Shown here piece by piece: positions 52,278 to 62,096 of a DNA stretch of 64,000 nucleotides. Source of the stretch: Candidatus Dojkabacteria bacterium. GTDB taxonomy: Bacteria; Patescibacteriota; Dojkabacteria; SC72. Location of the stretch: contig JAXGRK010000001.1 of NCBI GenBank assembly GCA_040765985.1, positions 8,513-72,512 on the forward strand, given 5' to 3'. The notes beneath the pieces are model-generated. The model ran no database searches. It saw nothing but the letters and a program-made list of their open reading frames with translations, and had not been told where the DNA came from. Position numbers and translations under genes: made by a program. Each line of letters opens with the position of its first letter. The first letter of the stretch is position 1.

Positions 52278-53056
52278 TCAAAACGATAGATAGCTTTTAG
52301 GAGGAGGGAAACCTTCTTCCTCTTTTGTTATTTGTTCACCCTTAACAGCTTTGATTCTTTCTTCAATAGAATCTATACTGTTTAAGTCTATTTCAGGTTC
52401 AGATGGCTCATTTTTTACATCAGCAGCATAAGCATCTATTACAGAGAGTATCTTAAAAAGAATAACCTGATTCTCTTCTGATATATCTTTAAGGGAAACA
52501 GATTTTAATAGCGGGTTAAAAGCTCGATAGTCTCGAACACTTTGGATACCATGTTTTGAGAAAAATGTTTGACTGCTAAGATCACTAAGCGCTATTATTT
52601 CCCAATGTCCTCTCTCAAAAGAATCGCGTTTCTTAACATCTCCATATAAGCTTTCTAATTTCTTCCACATGGCGAGTCTCTCGGGTTTAATAAAACCTTT
52701 ATAATAATCGTTGTTTATAATATGAACCATGTCAACTTCTGGTAATACCCGAAGTCCAGAATAATAATACTTCTCTCCTGTTTCTGGATCTTGTCCTTCT
52801 TTGAGAGCATTGGGGAAATGTTCCTTGAGCAATTCAACAACCTCATTGTTGTCTCATCTTCTGTTAAACCTGTTTCAAACTCTTGTTTTTTAACTTCCTC
52901 ATATTTTAATGCACTATCTTTTCCACTCTTTTCAATATCCGCAAGTTCATGAGCTACTCCTGGATCTTGAACTTGTCCATATTCATTGTAAAAATTCGGT
53001 TGTTGCAAACTAACTGGAGGATTACCTTCTGTTGTGTTTATCTCCTGACTATCCAT
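52278..53056 (-). CDS. Unknown-function paralog P2, one frameshift
   Basis: ORF 52715-53056 (N-terminus QQPNFYNEYGQVQDPGVAHELADIE) joins ORF 52278-52832 (LLKEHFPNALKEGQDPETGEKYYYSGLRV, FFSKHGIQSVRD) near 52830-52860. Confidence 0.55.
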
Positions 53057-53128
53057 ACATATTTATTCTAATAAATTTATTATTAAACGATATAATAGAA
53101 GTTTATATTTGTCAAAAAACATATTCAA

Positions 53129-53157
53129 TTGACATCTCATAGTTAATATCTTACTAT
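53129..53157 (+). promoter_or_regulatory. Sigma-70-like promoter upstream of ORF 53187
   Basis: TTGACA (53129-53134), a 17-nt spacer, then TACTAT (53152-53157), about 30 nt before the ATG. Confidence 0.4.
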
Positions 53158-53186
53158 CAACATATTAAGTTAATTAGTGGAAATAT

Positions 53187-53591
53187 ATGGAAGGTGAAAA
53201 TTTAGGTTTAGAACAAGCAAAAGAAGCTGTAAAAGAAGCTTATGAAAAGAAATTTAATACAGATGGAACAGATGTAGGAAGAGTTAAAGATACTGATTAT
53301 GCAAAAACATTAGCAAAGGCAGAAGATGTTATTAGATCTGTAGATTTACAAAACCCAAGAATTCAACAAAGGGCTGAAAATATTACAAATGAAGCAGTAG
53401 TTGGACATATGAGAGAAGATGCCTTAGACCTTATTAGACAAAATTCCAAAGATAAATATCCTGATGCTAAGAAAACACACTATGAAATGGGACTCAATCC
53501 TTTGTTACACAAGATGTCTGAAAAAGAGTTATCAAATATAGTTGATAGACAAAGAATTGAAGAGAAAAGAAGAGAGAGAAGGAGTAATTAA
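53187..53591 (+). CDS. Hypothetical charged protein (134 aa)
   Basis: Intact ORF embedded between paralogs P2 and P3 on the opposite strand. No family recognised. Confidence 0.55.
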   Translation: MEGENLGLEQAKEAVKEAYEKKFNTDGTDVGRVKDTDYAKTLAKAEDVIRSVDLQNPRIQQRAENITNEAVVGHMREDALDLIRQNSKDKYPDAKKTHYEMGLNPLLHKMSEKELSNIVDRQRIEEKRRERRSN

Positions 53592-54310
53592 ATAATTCCT
53601 TTTAGTTTTCGGACTCTATCTCTAATTGATTCAGCATCACTTAATGATTCGTTATCTCCTCCAACAATATATTTCGTTTCTTCAAGATATGCTATTTCAT
53701 TTAGAAATACTAATATCTTTAATAGTCTTGCTTTTTTATCTCCCTCTATATCTTTAAACGAGAAAGCTTTTTCAACATTATTAGGATTATAACTGTCTGG
53801 ATCTCTCATTTTATAGCTAATCTCAATACCTTTTTTAGAAAAATACATTCCACTCTCAGTTCCATATATTAATGATTTTAAAATTGGATCATGTATATTC
53901 TCTCTAGAAATTTCACCCCATTTTTCAAATGCTTCAATCTCCTTTTCTGAGAGTCCATCAAATGGTACCATTCCTCGTGTGTAATTTAATAAATTACCGT
54001 TTCTTAATACAGATAAACTTAATCCTGTTTTGTAATATATATCTCCATTCTCTGTATCAGATGCTTTTTCAAATGCATATGGTAATTCTTGTTTTAATAC
54101 ATTTATTACTTCAATATCGTATCTCTCTTGTTCAGTATTCTCTATTTCGGATTGCCCATTTTCACCATTATTAGTAAATAATGCATCGGTAATTAACTCC
54201 CATTTTCTAAATTCTTTATCCCCTTCTTTTGTTCGCTTCATTTCAAGAAATTGCCTTGTTCTTTCATCTGTACTCTGATCATCTGCAATAATATTATCTT
54301 TAGGTTCCAT
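53588..54310 (-). CDS. Unknown-function paralog P3 (240 aa)
   Basis: EVINVLKQELPYAFEKASDTENGDIYYKTGLSL and YFSKKGIEISYK blocks shared with P1 and P2. Confidence 0.6.
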   Translation of the reverse strand: MEPKDNIIADDQSTDERTRQFLEMKRTKEGDKEFRKWELITDALFTNNGENGQSEIENTEQERYDIEVINVLKQELPYAFEKASDTENGDIYYKTGLSLSVLRNGNLLNYTRGMVPFDGLSEKEIEAFEKWGEISRENIHDPILKSLIYGTESGMYFSKKGIEISYKMRDPDSYNPNNVEKAFSFKDIEGDKKARLLKILVFLNEIAYLEETKYIVGGDNESLSDAESIRDRVRKLKGII

Positions 54311-54420
54311 AGTAATTTATTAAATATTTTATATTCGTAGATTATATCAAAATAGTATGAGATATCAATATTTGTTAACCTAATATATTAAGGTATGTAT
54401 TGCCCTAAGAGTGGGGGATA

Positions 54421-54449
54421 TTGATTCAAATATCGACTTATAGTATAAT
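54421..54449 (+). promoter_or_regulatory. Near-consensus sigma-70-like promoter module 1 in a 580-bp non-coding region
   Basis: TTGATT (54421-54426), a 17-nt spacer, then TATAAT (54444-54449). It shares TATAGTATAATATA with module 2. Confidence 0.4.
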
Positions 54450-54511
54450 ATATGTATCTTAATAATTAATTGCTCATTGAAAAAGAACCTAAGCCCACAT
54501 CAATAGATATA

Positions 54512-54540
54512 TTGATATTTATTCCAACCTATAGTATAAT
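54512..54540 (+). promoter_or_regulatory. Near-consensus sigma-70-like promoter module 2
   Basis: TTGATA (54512-54517), a 17-nt spacer, then TATAAT (54535-54540). Its -35 region TTGATATTTATTCCAACC recurs at 54800-54819 upstream of the GC-rich ORF. Confidence 0.4.
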
Positions 54541-54723
54541 ATAGTAGTTAATTGTTAATTAAAGTCTGCTCTTTAATAAATAATAAATTTTCATTCAATA
54601 CACATAAGTATTCATAGAGAGATATTCTCTTTTATATCTTTTATGAGTTCTTATGAACTCTAAGTTCTTTAAAAAGTTTTAAGTATATTATATAGACTTA
54701 TGTCTTATATATTTAAAACAAAA

Positions 54724-54735
54724 TAGCGTGTGATG
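54724..54735. repeat. Left arm of the 12-bp inverted repeat bounding the GC-rich islet
   Basis: tagcgtgtgatg at 54724-54735. Its exact reverse complement catcacacgcta lies at 55424-55435. Confidence 0.8.
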
Positions 54736-54894
54736 AAAATAGAGTAGAGTAGGTATTTTCAGATTTTTCAATCTGGATGGAATAGAGATATTAAATAAAT
54801 TGATATTTGTATTCCAACCAGATTATTCTCTAAAAGCACACCATTAGGTGTAAAATTTCTGGAATTTTAGAATATCCTAGCTTAGGAGAGCAAG

Positions 54895-55351
54895 ATGAGA
54901 ATACTACGATTTGTTGTTTTCGGAATTGTCGGACTCATACTATTGGTCGCAATGGTTTTTGGGCTCGTTGCTCTTAGGAAGGAAACTTGTCTTCAATACA
55001 AGAGCAGAATGCCAAGCATGTGAATGCCCTGGAATCGAAACAACCGATGTCGAGACACCCTCGGAGAATGGTATTTCCTGCGTAAAACGCATGGAAGTTG
55101 GCCAAGAATCCAGTTTCTTTACGGAAACTTGGGACTCCGAAACAAGAGTTTGGATTATCAAACAGAAATCGACCTGCATTGGTCCCTACTGTTTTGATTA
55201 CTCTGGATGTGAAAATCCTGAGGAAACAATCCAACCCTTCTGTGGCTTGGATATGAGCGCAACCCTGTTGATGGTGGAGTTTTTCGCATCTGCGAAAATT
55301 TCGAAGGGGATTGCTTCCGCTAAACCGAAGGGATACTTATCTAAACTCTAG
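54895..55351 (+). CDS. Small membrane-anchored Cys-rich protein (~150 aa) in a GC-rich islet; one frameshift
   Basis: AGGAG lies 6 nt upstream of the ATG at 54895. MRILRFVVFGIVGLILLVAMVFGLVAL (TM) shifts into ORF 54911-55351 (AECQACECPG...STCIGPYCFDYSGCENP...PFCG; 8 Cys). Confidence 0.5.
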
Positions 55352-55423
55352 CTTGGTTTTGGTACCTGGGATTATCTTTTACTTGTCTTTTGACATTTAA
55401 AAACCCCATTTACCACACAACCA

Positions 55424-55435
55424 CATCACACGCTA
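55424..55435. repeat. Right arm of the 12-bp inverted repeat bounding the GC-rich islet
   Basis: catcacacgcta is the exact reverse complement of 54724-54735. Confidence 0.8.
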
Positions 55436-55536
55436 GAGTCTTCTAGGATTAAATATTTATTAAAAATATATATCCTACTGATGAGTCTAAAGATATTGAA
55501 AAATATTAAAGACGAAAAGACAAAAAATATTACATT

Positions 55537-55565
55537 GAGGACATCTTAGGATGTCCTCTTTTTTT
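55537..55565. terminator. Rho-independent terminator, probably serving the convergent genes on both sides
   Basis: gaggacatc-ttag-gatgtcctc (9-bp stem) followed by TTTTTTT on the + strand. It lies exactly between the + ORF end region and the stop of minus gene 55564. Confidence 0.7.
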
Positions 55566-56387
55566 ATTTAAACAGTTTTCTAAACAATTCAAATACCTTC
55601 ATAAATAGAGTAGGGGGAAATATACTAAGTATATGTACTCCCACCTTTTGTATATTCCATATAACATATTCTCTTAAAGTTGGTTTAATATTTAATTCTT
55701 TATTAGCCCATTTACGAATATCATTGGTCTTTCTAAAATGATCTAACATCTTAGATTGAGACTCTGTTTTATACGTCATCCTATACTTTAAAACTCTATC
55801 CTCTAAATTATGAAACTCTCCTTTAGTACTAAGTATTAAGAAAAATTTAACATCTCAGCCTTCCACATATTCTCAGGATACAAACCAATATCTTCTACAG
55901 TACTTTTTCTTAAAAGTTACTGCTGGATATTAAAGGTTGAAAAAGAAATCTGTTCTTTTTAATATCTCTATCATCAATAGCGTACTCTCTATGACCAGTA
56001 ACAGTACCTTCTCATCAATAATGTCTATTTGACCACCTACTGCTACACAGTTAGGATTAGACTCAAGATACTGCACCTGTTTTCAATACGAGTAGGATAC
56101 ATAACATCATCCGCATCCATTCTAGCTATATATTTCCCTTTAGATTTCCCTTATACCAACATTTATTACATTACCTAAACCGTTTTGTTTTTCTACAGGT
56201 ATTACTGTTATCTTCTCCCCATACCTCTTTAATATCTCTAAAGTCCTATCCTCTGGTTATCATCTACCACAATTATCTCAATATCCTTATAAGTTTGATC
56301 TAAACAGCTATCTAAAGACTCTTTAATATACCTCTCTCCGTTATGTACAGGTATTACTATTGAAACCAAGGGATTACTTTTTTCCAT
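55564..56387 (-). pseudogene. Family 2 glycosyltransferase, reading frame broken many times
   Basis: ATG at 56387 gives MEKSNPLVSIVIPVHNGERYIKESLDSCLDQTYKDIEIIVVDD. Later come GKYIARMDADDVMYP (DxD) and ORF 55564-55779, each in different frames. Confidence 0.7.
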
Positions 56388-56663
56388 CTTTTCTCTCTTG
56401 AATAAATTTAATGGTGGTATGTACCAAAAGTAATATCAATGAATACCCAAAGTATGATAGTAGGATTTAAGAAATATATTACAGAAATAGAATCAAAATT
56501 AGTATTTGAAATATCCCACGCCTGTTTCCATCCATTTATACTTACTCTTGTATCTTTTTCTAATACTGATAGAAGTACACCATTTCTTTTTACTGCTACC
56601 CATCTGAAGACTTTGCTTGTAGTACTAGAAGATTCTCTTTGTCCTTAGGTATCTCTTCTTTGG

Positions 56664-59600
56664 TTACTTTTGTAATGTTGATTGAGATGATTTAAATACA
56701 TTCCTCATCTCATACTCAGAGTACTTTTCTTGTTTCTGTTGAATATACATTAGATTACTCCAAGAGGTAGGATACTCCATAAATACGAATTCGTTTAATA
56801 CATTCTCTGTTATTAGTTTGTAGCTACTACTACCGTATATTACGTTTAATAGCTTAGTATTATTTGCTCCATTTATTACATTTAAGTAAGAAGATGTTCC
56901 TGAGTCTCTTAACATCCTGAAACCAACATTTATCCTCTTTATCATATATTAGGCATAAAGAGGAGGGGATATTAGAGATACTCTTTCCTTTCCAATATAC
57001 AAAGTATTTTGTATTAGGTTTTGTAATTAAAAGATTTGCCGTTTGATTGATGTAGTCATTAGCTACTTTTGGTATAACCCATCTTTAACAGAAACTTCAT
57101 ATATCTTACTTTCAGAATCTAATCTGTTTGGTTGCCAAGCGAGATACTCTGAATTACTACCATTGTAAGAGTATCCCGATTGTCCATTTATAATTGGGAT
57201 ATGAATAGCATATGTATTACCATCATCTAAAAATACATCACTGGGTCTCCATTCCTCAGATGAAGACGAAGCAATCATTGGATTTACCAATGGAGCATAC
57301 TGTATCTCAACACTTCTAAACAGAACCTCTGAGGGTGTATCCTTTTTAATATTTGTTGCATAAAGTATTAGAGATACTCTCTCTCCCTCATTTATAACTG
57401 TGTCAAGGATATCTACACTTCCAAAAGATTATCAGTTAAAAAGAACTTCTCTTTATTTAGGCATGTCTTCTTACTTTCTGAATATATACAGTAACCAGGG
57501 TAATTACCTTTCTCTGTTTCCCAATTAAGTTTTACTCTTAAGATACCCATTGTTGTTGTATCTATTGGGATTCCAGTGTATACACAAGGGATTCCGTTGT
57601 TCCTTCTATACTAAGCCCAGATGATATCTCCTGGTGTTACAAATGTACTTTCAAGAACTTTTGTCACCAGAGCAATCACTACCTTTTGGTTTGAATTAGA
57701 AGGTATCATATCTATAGATCTGAAATCAGATTCTAATACTCCATATGTTGATGTGTTTTGATTAAAATCCATTCTCAGTTGTAACACCTTCCGACATCTT
57801 CGCTTTACTAAATACTGACCCCCCAATTACAAAGTAGTTGTATTCTCCATCAAACCTTCTAAATGGTTTAACTGAGTTATCCCCTTGTACATATGGATAT
57901 GATGGATAGAGGAGTAGTAGTTCCATTTGAATATATTGCTTCTATTGGAAGAGTATTAACAACATCTCTTGTTAAATTAGAAAACATATATGTACTGTAT
58001 CCTCGATACTCAAAATCTCCTACAATTTCATTGTTTTCAATTCTTAAATTCTTCAAATCCATTTCCAAGGGAGAAAGAGTAGGGTACCTAGATGCATCCT
58101 TAATGAAAGTATCCATTGAAGATATTTCAGAAAGTGATTCTGTAAAAACCCTCTCTGTCAAAGAAGGTACTTCAAAAAGAGAAAGCTTACCCTCTGACCA
58201 AACAAGTTTGTAATCAGAGAAAATACTTTTTACCTTCTCCTCATCTAAATCGAAAGCATATCCCTCCATTTCTACACTTGTATCAAAAAGAACATAGGAA
58301 ACATCATATCTTTGCATTAAATAAAGGAACTCTTCTTTGTTTTCAGATCTAACAGTATTTAATATCTCTAGTAATGCTTTCTCTCCAACATTTGAGCCAA
58401 CTGCTAAAGACATATCCATTACAGGATTGGGTATTATGTAAGATATAAATTGGGAGCCCCAGAAGCCCCATTCATACTCCCTAAAGTAGTTATTGTTAGA
58501 TGGAGGAGCGTAATATATTCTCCCCCTATCATCATTTTCCTCAAGATACTCTCCCAATTCAAAATACTCTTGGGGAATACTTACTGCCGCCCTATCTGCA
58601 AATATATCTCCTCTAAACATATACTCTGCGTATACCAATTGTAATATACATAGTAAAACAAAGGATGAGAGTATGTATAACCGTTTAGGAAATTTTTTAC
58701 CAACAAAAAATGCAAAAAACTTTATTAAATATACAGCTCCAAAAGTAGACAGTACTGTAATACATATTAAATATATCTGACCTAATTTAGAAAATGGCCA
58801 TCTTAATACCTGTTTGAATAGTGGGATATTTTCCTGCAACCATCCAAATACCTCTCCTAACGGTGGATTAAGAACCTTAATTAAGTATAGGGAGCCAAAT
58901 CCTAAAATACCCCAAAAAAGTAATTTGTAATTCTTTTTAAATATTCCAAATATTAATGCTATTAAAGAAAGAAATACTGGAATTAAACCAATTACTTTGT
59001 AAAAATCATATGACTGATATACTTCGGCCATAGGAAAGAGATATTTGTTTCCATCCATATCAAAGAGAGTTCTGTTATACATTCTTGCAGAGTTTATTAA
59101 TGTCTGAAAATCTGTTTCTAAATCTATTACACTAGCAGTTATTGTCCTATTTGTATATGAATCAATAATGTCTGAACTTGTTGATAGGGTGTAATGAATA
59201 AATGGTAATATCCAAAATAGTTGTGTAATTAAAAATACCCCCAGTGTAATCAAAATGTTTTTTACCTCTTTCTTTTTTTCTTTTTTTGAAATGAGATTAG
59301 TAAACAGTGTAAAAGCAACTAAAAAGATTAAATCAATAAAAAAGAGAGTCGCTATTACACTTGTTGCAGAGAAGAGTATGGAGGAAACAAACAGAAAGAA
59401 AAGGTTCCCCCAACTATTTTTCACAGAATATCTATAGATTGCTAAAAGTATTAAAGGCAAAAAACCGAAATTAACAATATATGGAGCCATGTTCTGATAG
59501 AAGAGCCACATAGTCCAAAGCGTAGAGAAATATATTACACCACTTAATAAGTACCCCCAATTAAAGTATCTTTTTAATTTACTTTTTTGGATTAAAATTC

Positions 59601-59967
59601 TTGTTAAACAAGCAATAGATACAGATCCAATTGCCATTGAGAAAAAGTAAAACAGTTGACCAATTAGCCAACTAGGTAAGAATGTATCAAAAACAGAATA
59701 TATACCCGATCTAAACACATCTGCCTGTTCACTCTCAGATGCAAATCCCAATACTCTGTATCCTCTCCATGCTGGAGATTCTAAATATCTGGATACAGAT
59801 AGAGTAGGGTTTAGCTCTGGTGAGTAGTTATCATTAGATAACAGGTACTTACCTGGTTGTAAAGAGAGTATACATATTGATAGTAAGAGTAGGATTAATA
59901 GTATTTCAGGAAATCTTTTTTCAAGAAATTTAACAATATTAATATATTTAACCTTAGGTAATTTCAT
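56664..59967 (-). CDS. Large polytopic GT-C-type glycosyltransferase-like membrane protein (DUF3367/AftD-like by recollection). The N-terminal 696 aa are intact; the C-terminal third is frameshifted
   Basis: ORF 57877-59967 has about 12 or more TM helices and an N-terminal DNYSPELNPTLSVSRYLESPAWRGYRVLGF motif. The extracytoplasmic continuation is recoverable from fragments 57611-57826, 57063-57290 and 56664-56945. Confidence 0.6.
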
Positions 59968-60122
59968 TATGTATAGATTATATCAAAAAGATATATATTT
60001 CTATCTAATAAATATATTTGACTTTATGTCCTTAAATTATTAACATGAATGTATATAAAACTGCCTATATATTGTTTATCTCTAATAGGTAAGTTACATT
60101 TTAATATTAGCTTATAAACAAA

Positions 60123-61643
60123 ATGGATTTCAATGATCAAGGGGAGATAATCAACGGTTCGAATCCTAAATCCGCAAATTACACACCCGAAGAAGAAAAA
60201 GCAATAAATGAAAATAGGGCAAAAGTAGAATATGATGCAACTCACGGAACAGATCCCTCTGAGAGAGCCCATTTTAGAACCCAAGATAATACAAGATTCG
60301 CCAGTAGTACAGATGAGGGAGCTCGTCTTCATTTTACGAATGACCAAATAGAAAAAGTTAAAGCAGAGATGGATAAAGATTTGGGTCAAAAAATTAATAC
60401 CGAGAAAGAATCTATGATAACTGATCCAAAAGATAAACACATTCAAGAATTAACAAACCAAGTTGGCAATTTAACAAATCAAGTCGGCGACTTAACAAAA
60501 CAAATTAGTACTTTGACAACTCTAATGATAGAACAGAGTAAAATATATAACAAAACAGAAGATTTACAAAAAGCACTCGATCCAAATGAAAAAAAACCGA
60601 TAAATCCACTAGAGCAAGTTCAAGTAGCATTAATTCCAGAACAGATTAAAAAGCAAGAGGAATTTGCTAAAGCAGTAGAAGAAGAAAGAATAGCACATGA
60701 TCCAACCTATACCAAAACACCCGAGGCAGTACCTATTACCCCTCAAGAAACAGATCCAAATCGAGAAAGGAAGGAGAGAAACTTGAAAAGGGCAGCTCTA
60801 ATTGCCGGAGCTGTAGTAGGTGGAGCAACTGGTATCGCTGGAGGTGCTCCAACGGCTGGTATTGGAGTATTAGCATGTATGGGTGCTGGTATTTTAAACA
60901 AAGGTATTGAGTTAATCGGTTCAAGAAGAATAACTAAACTATCAGAATTAGCAAAAAATTCTACAAATCCTGATGAAAAAGCTAGATTAGAAAAAAAAAT
61001 ACAAAATTGGGAAAAAGTAAAAAAGGGTACGGAATACGCTAGAAGTTTCTTAATTGGAGCGAAAGTAGGATTGCTTGCTTCTGGCCTATTTAGTGGAATA
61101 TTTATGGACGGACACGGATTGGCTTGGAATACTGGTGAAGTACTTACACCAGGAATTACAGAGAATGTTGTACCTGACCAAAATATAAACCCAAATACCA
61201 GATTAGAAACTGGTGTAGAAACACCAGACAGTGTAACCAGTACATTCCCCTCAGAAAATATCGGCGTGGATTTAACTGATGCTAGCTCATATGCCGGAAA
61301 TTCATTTATTAAAGATGGGTATGTAAACTTAGAAGGCAGTAGCTGGCACATGAATAGAGCATTCCCAAATGTACAAGATATACTTCCTGGTGGAGAATTA
61401 AATCATAGTAATTACACTGGTGGAGTACACGAAATGGCTGCACATTTACTAGGCAAGGATCTTGCAACTTACCAAATTGATGATACGCTACTCTCAAATC
61501 TAACAACTTATGATAAACACAGATTGCTTAATGAATATCTAAGTAATATTCAATCAGGAAATACAAATCCTAAATTACTTGAAATTCTTCAAAATATGTC
61601 AACCGAAGGTGCTCAAAAAATATTAAGTACCTTAGGAAAATAA
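60123..61643 (+). CDS. Hypothetical membrane protein with glycine-zipper TM pair (506 aa)
   Basis: Intact ORF with coiled coil LTNQVGNLTNQVGDLTKQISTL, TMs AALIAGAVVGGATGIAGGAPTAGIGVLACMGAGIL and LIGAKVGLLASGLFSGIF, then a ~180-aa C-terminal domain. Confidence 0.6.
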   Translation: MDFNDQGEIINGSNPKSANYTPEEEKAINENRAKVEYDATHGTDPSERAHFRTQDNTRFASSTDEGARLHFTNDQIEKVKAEMDKDLGQKINTEKESMITDPKDKHIQELTNQVGNLTNQVGDLTKQISTLTTLMIEQSKIYNKTEDLQKALDPNEKKPINPLEQVQVALIPEQIKKQEEFAKAVEEERIAHDPTYTKTPEAVPITPQETDPNRERKERNLKRAALIAGAVVGGATGIAGGAPTAGIGVLACMGAGILNKGIELIGSRRITKLSELAKNSTNPDEKARLEKKIQNWEKVKKGTEYARSFLIGAKVGLLASGLFSGIFMDGHGLAWNTGEVLTPGITENVVPDQNINPNTRLETGVETPDSVTSTFPSENIGVDLTDASSYAGNSFIKDGYVNLEGSSWHMNRAFPNVQDILPGGELNHSNYTGGVHEMAAHLLGKDLATYQIDDTLLSNLTTYDKHRLLNEYLSNIQSGNTNPKLLEILQNMSTEGAQKILSTLGK

Positions 61644-61667
61644 CTTAAATTATTAACGAATTTTTAA

Positions 61668-62092
61668 ATGGACTTTTCAACTGAAATTGAGAATTTAAAG
61701 AATGAATTAAAATCTCTAGGATTTGATGAGAGAAAACACATCAATTATTAGACCTTGCAGCAGAGGAGTTAATTGAAGAGGCATTAGACTTACTTGTAGA
61801 AAATACCGACGATACAACACTTGAAACGATATCTCAAGAGATGGAAAAGCCAATTACAACACCCCAAGAAGCCCAAGCTAAACTTACTATGATATTAGAA
61901 AAAGCGTATGGTACAGAGGCAGAGAATAAAAAGGGAGAGTTTATTGTTAATTACCTTAGAACAACTGTTGAAGATACAAAGAAAGCTAAAGATCTATATG
62001 ATAGATACCAATCAGGAGACCCAAGTGCGGTAGCTGCTATAAAAGCACAAGAAGGAGATTCTGACGCCCAGGAGATAATGGATAGAATGTAA
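61668..62092 (+). CDS. Hypothetical protein, one frameshift
   Basis: ATG at 61668 gives MDFSTEIENLKNELKSLGFDE and shifts in an A4 run (~61735) into the frame of ORF 61841-62092. Confidence 0.4.
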
Positions 62093-62096
62093 TCTT

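Noticed and set aside
1968-59809. GAGTAGGG as a DNA uptake sequence linked to the type IV pilus or competence
   Set aside because: Uptake sequences are distributed on both strands, often as inverted pairs in terminators. Here 16 of 17 exact copies are on one strand and lie inside coding regions. That pattern fits replication- or segregation-polarised signals instead.
60743-61351. Long minus-strand ORF (202 aa), and similar antisense ORFs at 1157-1432, 5390-5713, 36531-36812, 47229-47534 and 62398-62916
   Set aside because: All lie fully inside well-supported genes on the opposite strand. They have low-complexity, hydrophobic shadow-frame composition typical of AT-rich genomes.
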